DNA of 64,000 nucleotides from Paramoeba atlantica (Eukaryota; Protista; Discosea), in the NCBI GenBank assembly GCA_977017575.1, contig CDRNVI010000003.1:809254-873253 (forward strand), given 5' to 3'. This document shows, piece by piece, positions 47,381-59,366 of the stretch (positions are counted from its first letter, which is position 1; every line of letters starts with the position of its first letter). A model generated the notes under the pieces. That model was given only the letters and a program-made list of their open reading frames with translations, searched no databases and was not told the DNA's origin. The translations under genes and the position numbers were made by a program.

Positions 47381-50059
47381 GATTTGTGCCCCACCCCGAC
47401 AAATGCTCGTGCCCGACCGTTGAGGATACGGCGGGTGAACTTACCAGGCTCTTCTCCGAATTCATCTTTATTCTTGCGAATGGAAAGTGCAAGTGCAGTG
47501 GAAAGAACGGATTTACCGAGACTTCAAATTCGGAGGGGAAAACACGTGTTCGGAACGGCAGCGCCTTTGGCAAGGGAACAAACGAGATCAAACCTTTTAT
47601 GCGATATACTCGGACTCAACCCAAAGGATCCGCACGGTCAGATCGTTCGGAAAGCAATCGAGCCCATGTGGGCAACAAGTACGTGGGGAACGAGGGAGAG
47701 GCTGTGGCTCCGGATGCAAGACTTTTGTGCACAACGTCACCTATCTCAAAACGCGCTCAGTGCGGTCAGGTTCGTAGACTCATTGAAACTGGCGACGTCG
47801 ACACGACTGGCCTACGCAAGGAATCTGCAGACTCTTATTACGCTCATGGGGGCCGAAGCAACCCCATTGAAGATGTACGGAAAGGCGTTGCAAGCGCAAG
47901 GCGGACTAGAACCACAGAGACAAATGCTTGCAATTACTCCCGTCCTTCTAAGACGGTTGAGAAGAAGTCTAAAAACATCCGAGAGCATGACGGCTCTTTT
48001 GTGCTGGAAAACGGCAGCTCGTTGGACGGAAACGGCGGAACTTTCGACAGAACAGATATTAAAGGTTACTCCCGAAGAGGTGGTGATTTACTGGGGAAGA
48101 GCAACGAAGTCAACGAGAATGAACCCCTTTCGACCGTATATGTACGCGATTGTGACGGGCCCCGGAACTGCCGAGTTAGCGGACTACATGAGACGAATAC
48201 CCCAAGGGTGCAGAATGTGCTACACGGAGGTATCTCGAATGGACAGCAAAATACGCGAAATCTTGGGAAATGGCTATGGGACGCATTCAATAAAAAGGGG
48301 TGCAATCACGTGGCTGTTCCAGGAAGTGGCTCAAGGGAATCTAACGATATCAGAAGTTCAGAACATGACCAAGCATTTAAATGTCGAAAGTCTGTTAAGA
48401 TACAATGCAAACCAAGTAACGACGGCCAGAGCGCTCGGAACGCAACGTGTATCGGCGAGACTCCCGGCATGACAGCTGAACTGTTGGAGCAAGTTTACTC
48501 TGAGGTACCGTACTTGAAACGGCACTCGACTACTTGCGCGCGGCGCTCGTCTAAGCTGGCCACGGCAAAAGATTTTGAGATACCATTACACGTGAAAATG
48601 AATACACCTCTAATGGATCTAAAGGTAGTGAAAGGATGGATGGACTTGCCAACCAAGATGCGCTTTCAAAATGTTATGGACGAACTTCTACACGTTCCTG
48701 AAATAGCTGAAAAAGAGCCGAAGGGACTCAATTCTCTACCTGTGTCCGATATTGCGCTTCTTTTGAAGGCCGGTATCATTTCTCAAGTTTCTTCTGATGA
48801 ATTAGAGCGTCGTCCTACAGCTCAATTTATCATCCCGTTTACTGTAGTGGAACAAGACGAATTTGGTCACGATCGGAGGAGATTTATATCTTGGTCGCGC
48901 GGGGATAATGACCGGTTGAAAGATTATGTCCCTGATGTTCCCCTGCTTCATCCTAGTAAATATTTGCATCGAGTTGACGACGCTATAGGAGTGAAAAGAG
49001 ATTTGAGCTGTGGATTCTATCAAGTACCACTTCCTCTAGCTGCGCGTTGTAAATTTCGCGTTTCATCAAAAGGCCGTACTTATGAAATGAACGTTCTTCC
49101 GATGGGGCATAGGTGTGCCCCAGAAATCATGCATACGATAACTTCCGCCCTTGGGGGACTTATGTAGCGCTAAATCTGCTTTTACACGAGGAGCTATGGA
49201 TGTGTACGTTGATGGAGTTCGGTTTTCGGGAACTGTGGAACAAGCGCAGGAGTACGCACGCTTTGTGGATAAACGGTGCGATGAGATGGGAGGAAAATTC
49301 AAGGAGAAAGGCCATGACCCGACACAGCGCTATGTATTTAATGGAGTTCATTACGATCACGTCAATCACAAGGTCAGCCTGGGACCACGTGTGGTGCGTA
49401 AGTTGCAGAATGACAGATTTTACTCGTTAAGCTTCAAAGATCTGGAGGCGGCGGTGGGGCGCCTTCTGTACGCATCTGCTGTGCTTGGTATAGTCATTCC
49501 GCGATTTCATTTCGCTGTCAAGATTGTTCAGCGACGAATTAATTTGTTGAATCGATGTCCGTGGATAGGTAATAAGTCTGTTGACCTTCCACGAAAAACA
49601 CGTATTATTTTGGCACAATGGAGGGATGAGGTAGTATTGAATACTCCGATTAAAGCTCCACTTCATCCAGATTTCGTTCCTCACAAACATCGTCTTTACA
49701 CAGATGCTTCTCGCAAAGGGTGGGGAGGGATTCTGTATCTGGATACAGGAGAGGTTTTGATAACAGGCAAGCCATGGGAAGCCGGAACAACGTATGAAGT
49801 AAACAATGCTGAAGCTACGGCTGTAAGGTTGGCTCTTGAAGAATTCGGTAAGCATTTTGAAAGCGGAACGTGCCTGGATATTTTTGTGGACAACACTTCA
49901 TGTAAAGAGGCACTGAATAGGAAAACTTCTAAGTCGGACAATATTGCACGTCAATTGCGCATGGTTTTAGAGGAAGCGAAAAGGAAAGGGATACGCATTC
50001 AGGCACGTTACATTGCCTCGTCAGAGAATCCAGCAGACCCGATTAGCAGGAAATTTTAG
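47251..50059 (+). pseudogene. Pol of VIPER C (-1 frame, overlapping YR; one frameshift at ~49155)
   Basis: ORFs 47251-49167 and 49151-50059: KRDLSCGFYQ, LPMGHRCAPE, YVDG, YTDAS, ENPAD. Confidence 0.88.
47384..48472 (+). CDS. Tyrosine recombinase of VIPER C, in the gag frame after the TAG
   Basis: CWKTAARW, THSIKRGA, TKHLNVESLLRY catalytic motifs; uninterrupted. Confidence 0.88.
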   Translation: MCPTPTNARARPLRIRRVNLPGSSPNSSLFLRMESASAVERTDLPRLQIRRGKHVFGTAAPLAREQTRSNLLCDILGLNPKDPHGQIVRKAIEPMWATSTWGTRERLWLRMQDFCAQRHLSQNALSAVRFVDSLKLATSTRLAYARNLQTLITLMGAEATPLKMYGKALQAQGGLEPQRQMLAITPVLLRRLRRSLKTSESMTALLCWKTAARWTETAELSTEQILKVTPEEVVIYWGRATKSTRMNPFRPYMYAIVTGPGTAELADYMRRIPQGCRMCYTEVSRMDSKIREILGNGYGTHSIKRGAITWLFQEVAQGNLTISEVQNMTKHLNVESLLRYNANQVTTARALGTQRVSARLPA

Positions 50060-50262
50060 CCTGGGACTTGCGAGAAGTTCCCCAAGGAATATCACGAGTG
50101 CTCGGGTAGTGTTAAATGTGACTAGTGATCGGGTTGGTTGGCTGCGGGTTGCGCGGACGGGAATCCCCGTTCACAACGTTATTAGTTTATTGGGTACTCT
50201 TTTAGCATTGATTATGATAGGTTATGACGATCTCACTTAGTCTCTTGGGTTTATTTCCATAA

Positions 50263-50314
50263 ATACAGTTTCTGTAGATACAGTTTCCATAGATACAGTT
50301 TCTGTACCTTGTTG
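50263..50314 (+). other. Stuttered SL fragments heading the NeSL/R4-like element
   Basis: ATACAGTTTCTGTA + GATACAGTTTC + cat + AGATACAGTTTCTGTACCTTGTTG. Confidence 0.8.
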
Positions 50315-50361
50315 AATTAATTTTCATCTTTTGTACTAACTGTTATCACCCCTACAGGGGC

Positions 50362-53300
50362 ATGTCACTCCACACCACTACCTCTGCCCCCCAGGCGCAA
50401 GGCGACCTCCCTCGAGGATCTGCTGGCGCAAAACCTTCACGCAAGCATACCTTCAACTTCACACAAAAAAGTGCGATTTCTGTAAAAATAAGACACTCAA
50501 CTTCCACATCATGGCTCTATTTCCCTGACATCCACGCGGCGGCTTGTTTTCTAACCAAGAAGAGGCACTTCAATGCCGAAATTTCAGCGGAACTTTCCTT
50601 AGCACGAACCCTTCGAAACAGGAGCAAAGCGGTCTGATGGTATATTAGTAGAAAAATGCACTTTACAAGACGTAATGAACGAGGAAGCATGCGAACATTT
50701 CGTATTCCGCGAAATTGCACCGCCACACAGGATATTCCGGCACACTAGCTGGGCGACAGCACACGCAGACGCATCTCTACAGCTAGATAAACAGTACTCT
50801 TGTCCTGGAACCCTTGGACGCGCCATCAAGAAGAAACTGGCTGGGAACAACATTTCGGGACTTGCGGCGTTCGACCTAACCCACGTCCACACTAAGGAAG
50901 TACACGATGAAGGCTCTTGGGAAAGAACTAGGATTGAGTACGGCGAACCTTTCCTGATCCGGAAGCCCAACCAGGCGGCGGCACAAGGAACGCGGACAGT
51001 GCGGCAACAACCTTGTGCCCACCGCTGCTTGAATAAACGCACCTGTCTCCACCCGTGTTGCAAAGTTGGGATGGAACCCGAGCTCACCAACAATCGTCCA
51101 GAGGAACCGGGTGGCCACGCACCAAACAGAAGTCATCCGCTGCCTCGTACAACGGACGAACCAACCCCCAACCACGAAGCTCGACCCAGCCGTACTCAAC
51201 CGTGTGCTCATCGATGTTTGAACAAGCGCATATGCCTCCACCAATGTTGCAAGATCAGTATTGACCCCGAACCTATGGACCACCCCTCACCTCACCCAGA
51301 TATGCAGAGAGCAGATAGTGCAATCCAAAAGTCTGATGCCAGGCCTGATGCTACACCATGGCTTCGAGATGAACAAACGTCTAGCACATGCGCGACACCT
51401 CGACGATCATGTAAACACATTTGCCAAAACAAGCAACAATGTAAGCACATGTGTTGCAAGATTGGGGTAAAGATCGACCCTAAAAGACTTGAATCCCTAA
51501 ACGAAGAAACAACAGTAATTGCCACCCCTCCCTCACCCGCCCCACGCACTCAGACACCGCCAGACAGAAATCTGCATCACATAACAAGGTCGGAAGAACA
51601 AGAACTCTCGCGCAGGCCCTGCAAGCACGTATGCCGCAACAAGGCTGAATGCAAACACCAATGTTGTAAGGAGGGAGTACTCAGCCGCCCTCAGGACGCT
51701 CGGCAGGAACCCACCCGCTGGAGCCTACGCAACCTCTTCTCGTGGAATCTGTCTAACAACGAGACAAACGGACAAGCACCTGCTGGTCACAGCGAAAGAT
51801 CCGTATCTTCTGAGCCCCAAAGACAGGTAGAAACCAAAATAGGCGCCGCACGGAGTTCACCACGAGATCAGCGCCACGAAAGACGCTCCACAAATGCCTC
51901 CGAAGAAACCCGCATCAATCAGTCTCCACGACAACCAGCACATCCACCGGTGAACAACGTAACCTCGGAACCAGCGCCAACCTTCGGAACTGAAAGTAAC
52001 ACACAGACGCTTACCCAGACTCTCCCACCGCGGGGCGGACCACGGCAGACCCACGGGCCGAATGACAGCACGATCCTGAACTCACAGAGGAATAGATCTC
52101 GAAATGAAAACGTATTAGACACCGAGACGGCTGAATACTTGTTAAGCACCATGCGTACGATCGAAGGAGGGCGGGTCATGATAAGCCTCTCACAGGACCA
52201 ATGGCAGCTGGCAATAAAGAAGGCCATGGATAGATGTAAAAAGTACTTAAAGCCTGCATCAACCCCGAGCGAAGCCCTACTACATACGGAATTACTGACA
52301 GCTTGCATGGCGGTCTCGGTTTATGAAGTTGTACGGGAACTCGACCCCACCAAAGGGTTCAAATTGCGCTCCAAAATTGGCCATGCGAAACGCCCCACAC
52401 GACCCCTTAGCTATGACCGCTCTGCGAAGCAACTAGCAGGACACATCCGTCAACTGAAACGTACTCTTTCCTTTACCCACGGACGCTCAGAAAGGGACCG
52501 CTTGATCGGCAACATAAAAGAAGCGACCAAAGCGCATAAGCTGTACACGGAAGAAGCGAAACTAGTCAAACAAGAACGAGAGAAACGCTGGATGATGGAC
52601 AGGTTCCAAAGAAACCCTTGGACAGCAGCCGGAGAGTGTCTTGACAAGAACGAGCAACTGGTAAATCAGCCGGCAACCTTTCCAGACTGCTCGCAAGCAG
52701 CTATCGAAACATTTTTCCAAGAATCGTTAAGCACAGACACGGAAGATCATAGTCTACCTCCAACAAACCTCCTTGGCCTGGATCTAGAGAATGCAATGGA
52801 ATGGGAAGCAATCGACGTACCAACCATAGCAGTGGCAATCTCCTCGAAACGCCCCTCGGCTGCCCCAGGCTCCGATACCGTGGGAAACGCATTTCTTCGA
52901 CGCTGCGAAGAGCTCTACCCGTTCATCGCGCAAGTCTTCAATGAAGTACTGAAGCATTCGGTCAGCCCTCCCTATTGGAAACAGGCCGTCACCCGACTCA
53001 TTCACAAAGGCGGAGCTCCCAACCAATTGTCCAACTGGAGACCCATCAGTCTTACGAGCTGCCTTGGTAAGTTACTCCACTCCATTATTGGCCACAGAAT
53101 CTTGAGCCATGCTGTGACGACAGGAATAATTGACACAACCATACAAAAAGGATTTTTGCCAAACGTAAATGGAACTATCGAGCATACCCAGTCACTCTGT
53201 GAACTATTGGACTTTCAACGACAGCATAAACGACAATACTGCCTTGGTCAATTTGACTTAAAGAACGCGTTTGGTTCTCTCCCACACTCCATTCTCTTTC

Positions 53301-55075
53301 AAGTCCTAACGTGGGCAAAGGTATCACCTCAAATCATCGCGTACATCCGCTCCCTATACCATGATGCGACTATCCGGATCAAATGTTCGGAAGGGCTGAC
53401 CAAACACATCCCCGTCAAACGAGGTGTTCTCCAGGGCGACACACTATCCCCCGTACTATTCAATCTCGCCATGGAAGTGGTTCTACGATATCTCCGATCG
53501 AGCTTCCCTAGCTATGGTATTAAATGGGGCAACCAAGAGTCGTTCTTAAAAGCCTTTGCAGACGATCTGGCTATCATCACGAACTCGGCTGAAGAAATGC
53601 AACACGTGACGAACGCCCTGGTGAACATGCTTTCCAGGTTAGGCATGCGCCTTAACGTACCGAAATGTCGTCTCCAACACATGTCTGTAGCAGAAGGCGG
53701 ATATAAGACCCACAGACCCCGTATCTTGGCATACGGTGAGAGTATTCCCAACGTTTGCGACAAAGGAAGTCAGTTCCTAGGTATGACACTCGCGCCGGGG
53801 GCCCAACAAGGGAAAGTACTGTTCAAAAGTCTCCTAAAGCAGCTACGATTTTGGTTGAACAATGTATCCAATAGTGCCCTAGATACCCCCGCTCGTCTCT
53901 GGGCCTATAATAACGTAATCATATCTCGCCTGCGATATGTGCTCACGGTCAATCCAGGAATCACACTAAACTTTATCCTTCGACTACAAAAATATGCGAC
54001 GAGACACATTCGAAAATGGATAAACATGGCCAAAACAGCTACGAGCGAAGTTCTGTACTCTGAACGCGGCTGGGCTCTCACCAGCCTGTCTAAGCTTTGG
54101 TTACTCTGCACAGGCACAGCAGTTGAACAGATGAAAAAATCTCGTGATCCAGCAGTGCAACAAGCGCTGAGATATCGCATCCGTCGTGAACACGACAAAC
54201 GTTCTTCCGGACAAGTGCGACCAGTCGTCGAGTTGTACGACCGCAGTGGAAATCACGCATCGACACGGCAGTACATTGAACATGAATACGAAAGACATCT
54301 CTCAGAAGCTGTGCAGCGTCGAGCACCAATCGCGGGGCAGTGGTTTCGCATGGCTACAGAAGACGACCTCGCGAAAGACTTCGCTGCTGCTCTGTGCAAT
54401 ATTAAAAGTACGTCGCTCTCCAGATTTGCTTCATCTGTTCTGACACAGACACCGCTTCCGACCCGATCCGCCTTACACCGCTGGGGCCTCAGTTCCCACA
54501 CGAACCGTAAATGCCCCACTTGCACAGAAGACGTACAAACTGTGCGCCACGTTCTAACAGGCTGCAAGGCCGCCCTGCAACAGGGGCGGTATACTTTCCG
54601 TCACAACCTCATTCTACACGCCCTTGCAGATGCTATTCGACAATCCCCCGAAACCGCACAGTATCACTTTGACCTCGCTCACCATCAGAATCCGCCAACC
54701 TGGCTGAGCGGGCAAGAAACGTCCCTCCGACCTGATGGATGGGTCCAACTTAAGAACGGTTCTGAGTTCATACTCGAACTGACATCTCCGTGGGAGGAAA
54801 ACTTTATCTCCTCACACGAACGGAAGATGCAGAAGTATGGACATATGTATCTACAACGGAAAATGTCGAACCCAGCCACTTTTCTCCTGGCCATTGAAGT
54901 AGGTGCCAGGGGAAAGCTCAACAGCTCAACTCGAGCACTGAACTCCCTTTTTGGTGGAAACAAGGCCACCGCCTCGCGATGTCGTCAGCATATGGTAACA
55001 AGAGCCCTTAGTGGCAGTTTCAAAAATTTTAATAATCGCGACATTGAGCAGTGGAGTGAGGGCACGTGCTGGTGA
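50362..55075 (+). mobile_element. Full-length RT-REL non-LTR retrotransposon (NeSL/R4/HERO-like); ORF 50675-55075 plus upstream ORF 50362-50637 (probable frameshift)
   Basis: APGSD, LIHKGG, WRPISL, QKGF, DLKNAFGS, GVLQGDTLSP, AFADD; CPTC..H...C, RHN, RPDG, ELTSPW, K..KY. Confidence 0.9.
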
Positions 55076-55369
55076 AGAGTTTTAAAAACCTAGGAGAAAC
55101 TCGTTTTGTGCGAGGATTGCGTGCTAGTCATGCATCTTCTAGGTATCAATCTCTGCAGTTAAACTGCATGAATATCAAAGTGGCTACAGGAAGAGATATA
55201 TCTTCGTAAGCTCATTGAGAAATCAGCAGTCTTCAAATTTCTTATTATTGCTTCCATATATTTTTATATACTAGTTCTACTAGATGTTTTATGAGCAGCC
55301 CGACCTGGATTTCTTAGCAATTTTTCGTTTTTAGTGGCTTCGTTAAACGAGGTGTTTGTTTTCAACTTA

Positions 55370-57216
55370 CAATAAACGTCACTATTCTGAGAGTCGCTAA
55401 AAATGAGAATTGGGCTGTCAAAGTACAACTGGCCAAAATGAGAATGCACTTTGAAAAATGAGAATGGGGCTTCGGCCACACATGTCAACGTTCAATTGAA
55501 TTCGATACTCAAAAATGAGAATAGAAAAAAATAACTTTCTTTTAATCACTGCTTAACTCTCTTCGTATTCTTTGCTCACTGCTTAAACTCGCTGCTTACT
55601 CTTCCTGAACACCCATGGTCGTGAGAACTATCCCGTCCATCATGTTCATCATATCAATGTTGTCTTCGCCACCTTCTTCTTCCTCTTCTTCTGTATCAGT
55701 TTCTATGAACGAATCTTCGACGGGTTCATCGAATCGAGAAATTGCTTCATCAACATCGATGAATCCCTGTTCTTTAAGAGCGGTGTTCGGGTCCAAGCTG
55801 GAGTGATACTTTTTTTGACCAACCCAAGTGCCCTGATTTGGGATGTACCCCCCGCTTGCCCAACATGAGCGAATCTTGTCCCGAGAAATTGAATTCCATG
55901 CGTTCCTCGCTAAGCGCATCATGACGTCCCAGGTAGGAGTATATTGGGATGGATTCCCACTCTTCTCGGCCTCGTCCTGCACAAGAATTCTGTATTGGTG
56001 TTTGAACATCTTGATAATCCCCAAATCTGCCGGCTGCCAAACATGGGTCAAGCCTTCTGGGCCAAAAAGAACTGAACCTCCTCTATAGCCGTACTCATTG
56101 CTCTGCCGCAACACATCAGGAAGATGGCGATGACCCTCGAAACGGTCCAGTAGCCACAAGAATCTGCCAGACATCAAGGTTTTCATACGTTCAAATATAG
56201 CGGTTGAGTTACGTGCGTCTGCCCATGCATTGCGTTGTATGTGCACGGAGCTGTCGTTTTGATAGCGATGTGCTAAGTTTTTGGGATTTCGCGACTTGGG
56301 ATTCGGCTCCCCTTTCAAAACGAATGATAGTGGCATCTTTTCTCCCGCCATAGAAGTACCAATAAAAATTGTAACCCGGGTTTTGGATTTTATGTTGGAC
56401 ATGGCTTCCGGAGAAACAGTGCCTTTCGTGCAATAGACGTGTTTCGTTCCGTGCGAAATGAGAAGTCCAGTTTCATCAACATTCCAGACTCGGGCATCGC
56501 CGTATGTTAAGGTGTGGAAGCGTACTTTCTGCACGAAGCTTACCACTTCTGTATCCCAAGACGAAGATAACGTCTTCTTTTCTTGAGCAAGACGACGTGT
56601 AAACCCGTTTTTCTTTATGAGTCTTCGAATCCAACAATCTAGCGCATTTTGTTTGCCAACGAATTTGTCCCCAGTGATGCTTCGCACATAAGAAGCAACC
56701 TGCTTTATTGTAAATTGCATGGTTTCCTCCATCCAAGATTCCACCTGCGATTTCAGAGTTAAGTGGCCTCGATGACGCGAGACGCGAGCATGCTTGCTCT
56801 TTGGTTGAGCAGAAGAAATACTATCTAAATCCTGGAACCAGCGGTATACAGTTTTTCGAGGAACATCAATAATGCCGTTTGCAAGGGTATGTTCCATTTT
56901 TGCTGTCAGAGTGTCGCCGGGACTACGCCTCACGAGCTCAATAACCTTAAGTTTTTCCTCGTTCGATAAGCCCATAAAAGAAAATTATTAAAAAGTGTTT
57001 AGTATGATCTGGCAAAGACAAGAGTAAGAATCCATCGGTGAGCGATTGCATTAAAAAACTTTTTTTTAAAAATGAGAATTATGATATGACCTCATAAATA
57101 AGTTCCTGTCAACGTTCAACAGACCAATTCTGAGAATAGTGACAAAAAACGACAAAAAAGCCGTTTTGTGTGTGTCAACGTACAACTGAGCATTCTGAGA
57201 ATAGTGACGTTTACTG
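55370..57216 (-). mobile_element. pogo/Tigger-like Tc1/mariner DNA transposon, TA-flanked, with intact 459-aa transposase (55596-56975)
   Basis: NVDETG, LLDRFEGH, QPADLG DDD motifs after an N-terminal HTH region; TIRs CAATAAACGTCACTATTCTGAGA / CAGTAAACGTCACTATTCTCAGA; TA at 55368-55369 and 57217-57218. Confidence 0.9.
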
Positions 57217-57568
57217 TAGTAGTCACTCATGCGCTTCGTGTTGAAAACTACCACCGCGTTTAACGAAGGGCCTAAAAAAGAAAAATCTCCAAAAGATCAT
57301 GAATAATCTAGTTTTTGGGGGGTAAAAGCTCGAAATTTTACACCGAATTTGGGCCGTTTTTGATGCCTTACCAGTAGGGCTAGGAGGCGCACCTGACAAA
57401 AAAACATCGTAGAATGGTAGCTGAGGCCCCAAACTTTTATACTCCCCCGGAAAATGAAAGTCCAGAAAAGGAAAATTCATTTTTTCATTTTCATTTATTT
57501 TTGATCAGGGTGGAGAAAATATGAAGTATGGCGTTGAAGTTGTGGAGTGGAGTCATAAAAACGTAATA

Positions 57569-57620
57569 CAGGGGTGTAAATTTGGATGTGGGGGGGTCTA
57601 AAATTTGTAAAACTTGGCCA
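57569..57620 (+). mobile_element. TA-flanked TIR end CAGGGGTGTAAATTTGGATGTGG (inverted partner ends at 63838; degenerate sister at ~63143-63200)
   Basis: 23-bp perfect inverted match, both ends bordered by TA. Confidence 0.7.
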
Positions 57621-58620
57621 ATTTTGGAAAATAATAGCGCATTCGAGAGGTCTCGAACAGGGCTCATGAACGTAACAAGGCCGAACTATGCACAAGGGGG
57701 TATTGCCCCCTAGACAAAGCGCCCCCAAACGCTATTTGCAACTTTCTAAAACAATAGCAAATATCGAAAAAAAATATTAATATTTGCTATTATCGTCGAT
57801 TAATCTCAATCACAATACAGCATCGCTTTCGAAAGCTCTTCATGACATTTTCAGGGGCCTTGAAACGCTGCTTCGATCGCAATGTTGGGAAAGTTCAAGA
57901 TGATGTCGGTGTAAAGGGGAGACAATCTGACAATGTACTACGTAGGAGTGAGCAGATAGAATAAGATAAAAGCTTTTGGTATAAATGATTTTTCGCCCAA
58001 GTCATTGGAATTACTCCTTATCATTCCATAAATGCTGGTAGTTTATATGTTTTATAGTTTCTGCTCGACGCATTCGATTTTATGTCGTAGGTATGTCGTC
58101 CACTGATTGACATACATTGTATGCTGACACGTACTTTTCCAACTGAACTGGATTCCAACGTTCTTTGCGTCTCTCTGCCTCAGGGGCCGAAATTTCTTTA
58201 TCCCCAGCGATGATATAGTGTTATTGCTTGGCGTCCACTTTCACATCCGTGCCCTTTTCGGAGGCGCCATAATGCGAGTTAAAGTAAGAAATTTTGAAGA
58301 ATGTGTACTTAAGTGACCGATAAACATGATGAAAGGAAAAAAAGGGAAAAAGGAAAATATCAATCAAAATCCATTTTCCCTTATTTTTGGCCAGGGGAGC
58401 AATACGTTTTGGGAGTCGATTTTGGAAAAATATTGTTTTTACGTTTTTTTGGTCATCCCAAAAATTTCGGAAATTTTGACCTTGTCGGACCCCTCCTGCG
58501 CGTACTAGGGGGGGTTACCCCCAATTATGGGGGTGGAAAATCATCGCCGCGGCATACTTTACCACTTCCCTGCGATCGATTTTGTAAAGCAAACAATTCT
58601 AAAAAAACTTTGGCGACGTA

Positions 58621-58728
58621 CCCCCCTAGACCCCCCCTGTCCCCCCCCCCCCCTGGACCCCCTCCATAGACCCCCGCCCTGGACCCCCCTGGACCCCCCC
58701 TGGACCCCCCCTGGACCCCCCCTGGACC
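58621..58728 (-). repeat. (GGGGGGTCCA)n-like G-run repeat, G-quadruplex-prone
   Basis: Direct reading of repeated GGACCCCCC(C)T on the plus strand. Confidence 0.8.
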
Positions 58729-58909
58729 CAAGTTCCACTTTATATTTTCATTCTTTTTGTTCACATTTTTTTCAATAATCGAGGGTAGAGCGGTAGTTAT
58801 ACAACCACCGCAATACTTCTCCTCTCATTAATTTCTATAAATATAAATTATAACAAAAAAGATAATTTATACTTATACAGTATAACTACTTATACAGTAT
58901 TTATAGTTA

Positions 58910-59222
58910 CTGTGATCCCCCCTTTATACTTCGCTGGTCAGACCCCCCCCACCCCTTTGTACTTCGTTTTTTGTGTGCCCCCACCCGAAGGGGGGACGAT
59001 TTTTTTTAAATTTTCGTAGTTTTTCATTTTTTTTGGAAAAAAACAAGAACGTTCTAAGTCTTTCCTTCTAGAAAGGAAAGTGATATAAAAGGAAAGCTAG
59101 GAAAACAGGATGAGCCGCGCCGCTTCGCGGCGCGGCTTTTTTTTACAGCCGGGAAAAAATCCAGACCCCCCCTTTATACTTCGTTACTGCTCAAAATGGG
59201 CGAAGTATAAAGGGGGTCACAG
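58910..59222. mobile_element. 313-bp MITE with TA TSD
   Basis: TIR CTGTGA(T)CCCCCCTTTATACTTCGC at both ends; internal 10-bp GC hairpin at ~59113-59137. Confidence 0.8.
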
Positions 59223-59366
59223 TATAGAAATTAATGAGAATTGTTAGACCAAAAGTCCTGATTGATGATCCTGTCCGATGAAAAAAAGCTATTTTTCTGC
59301 CATAAGCTATCGTGAAGGTGGGCAGCGGGCGCAGCGACGCGGGGTTCTTCTTCCCCCGGAATGGGT

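Noticed and set aside
57800-58275. Transposase remnant on the minus strand (MAPPKRARM...)
   Set aside because: Multiple stops and no recognisable catalytic motif; cannot be supported.
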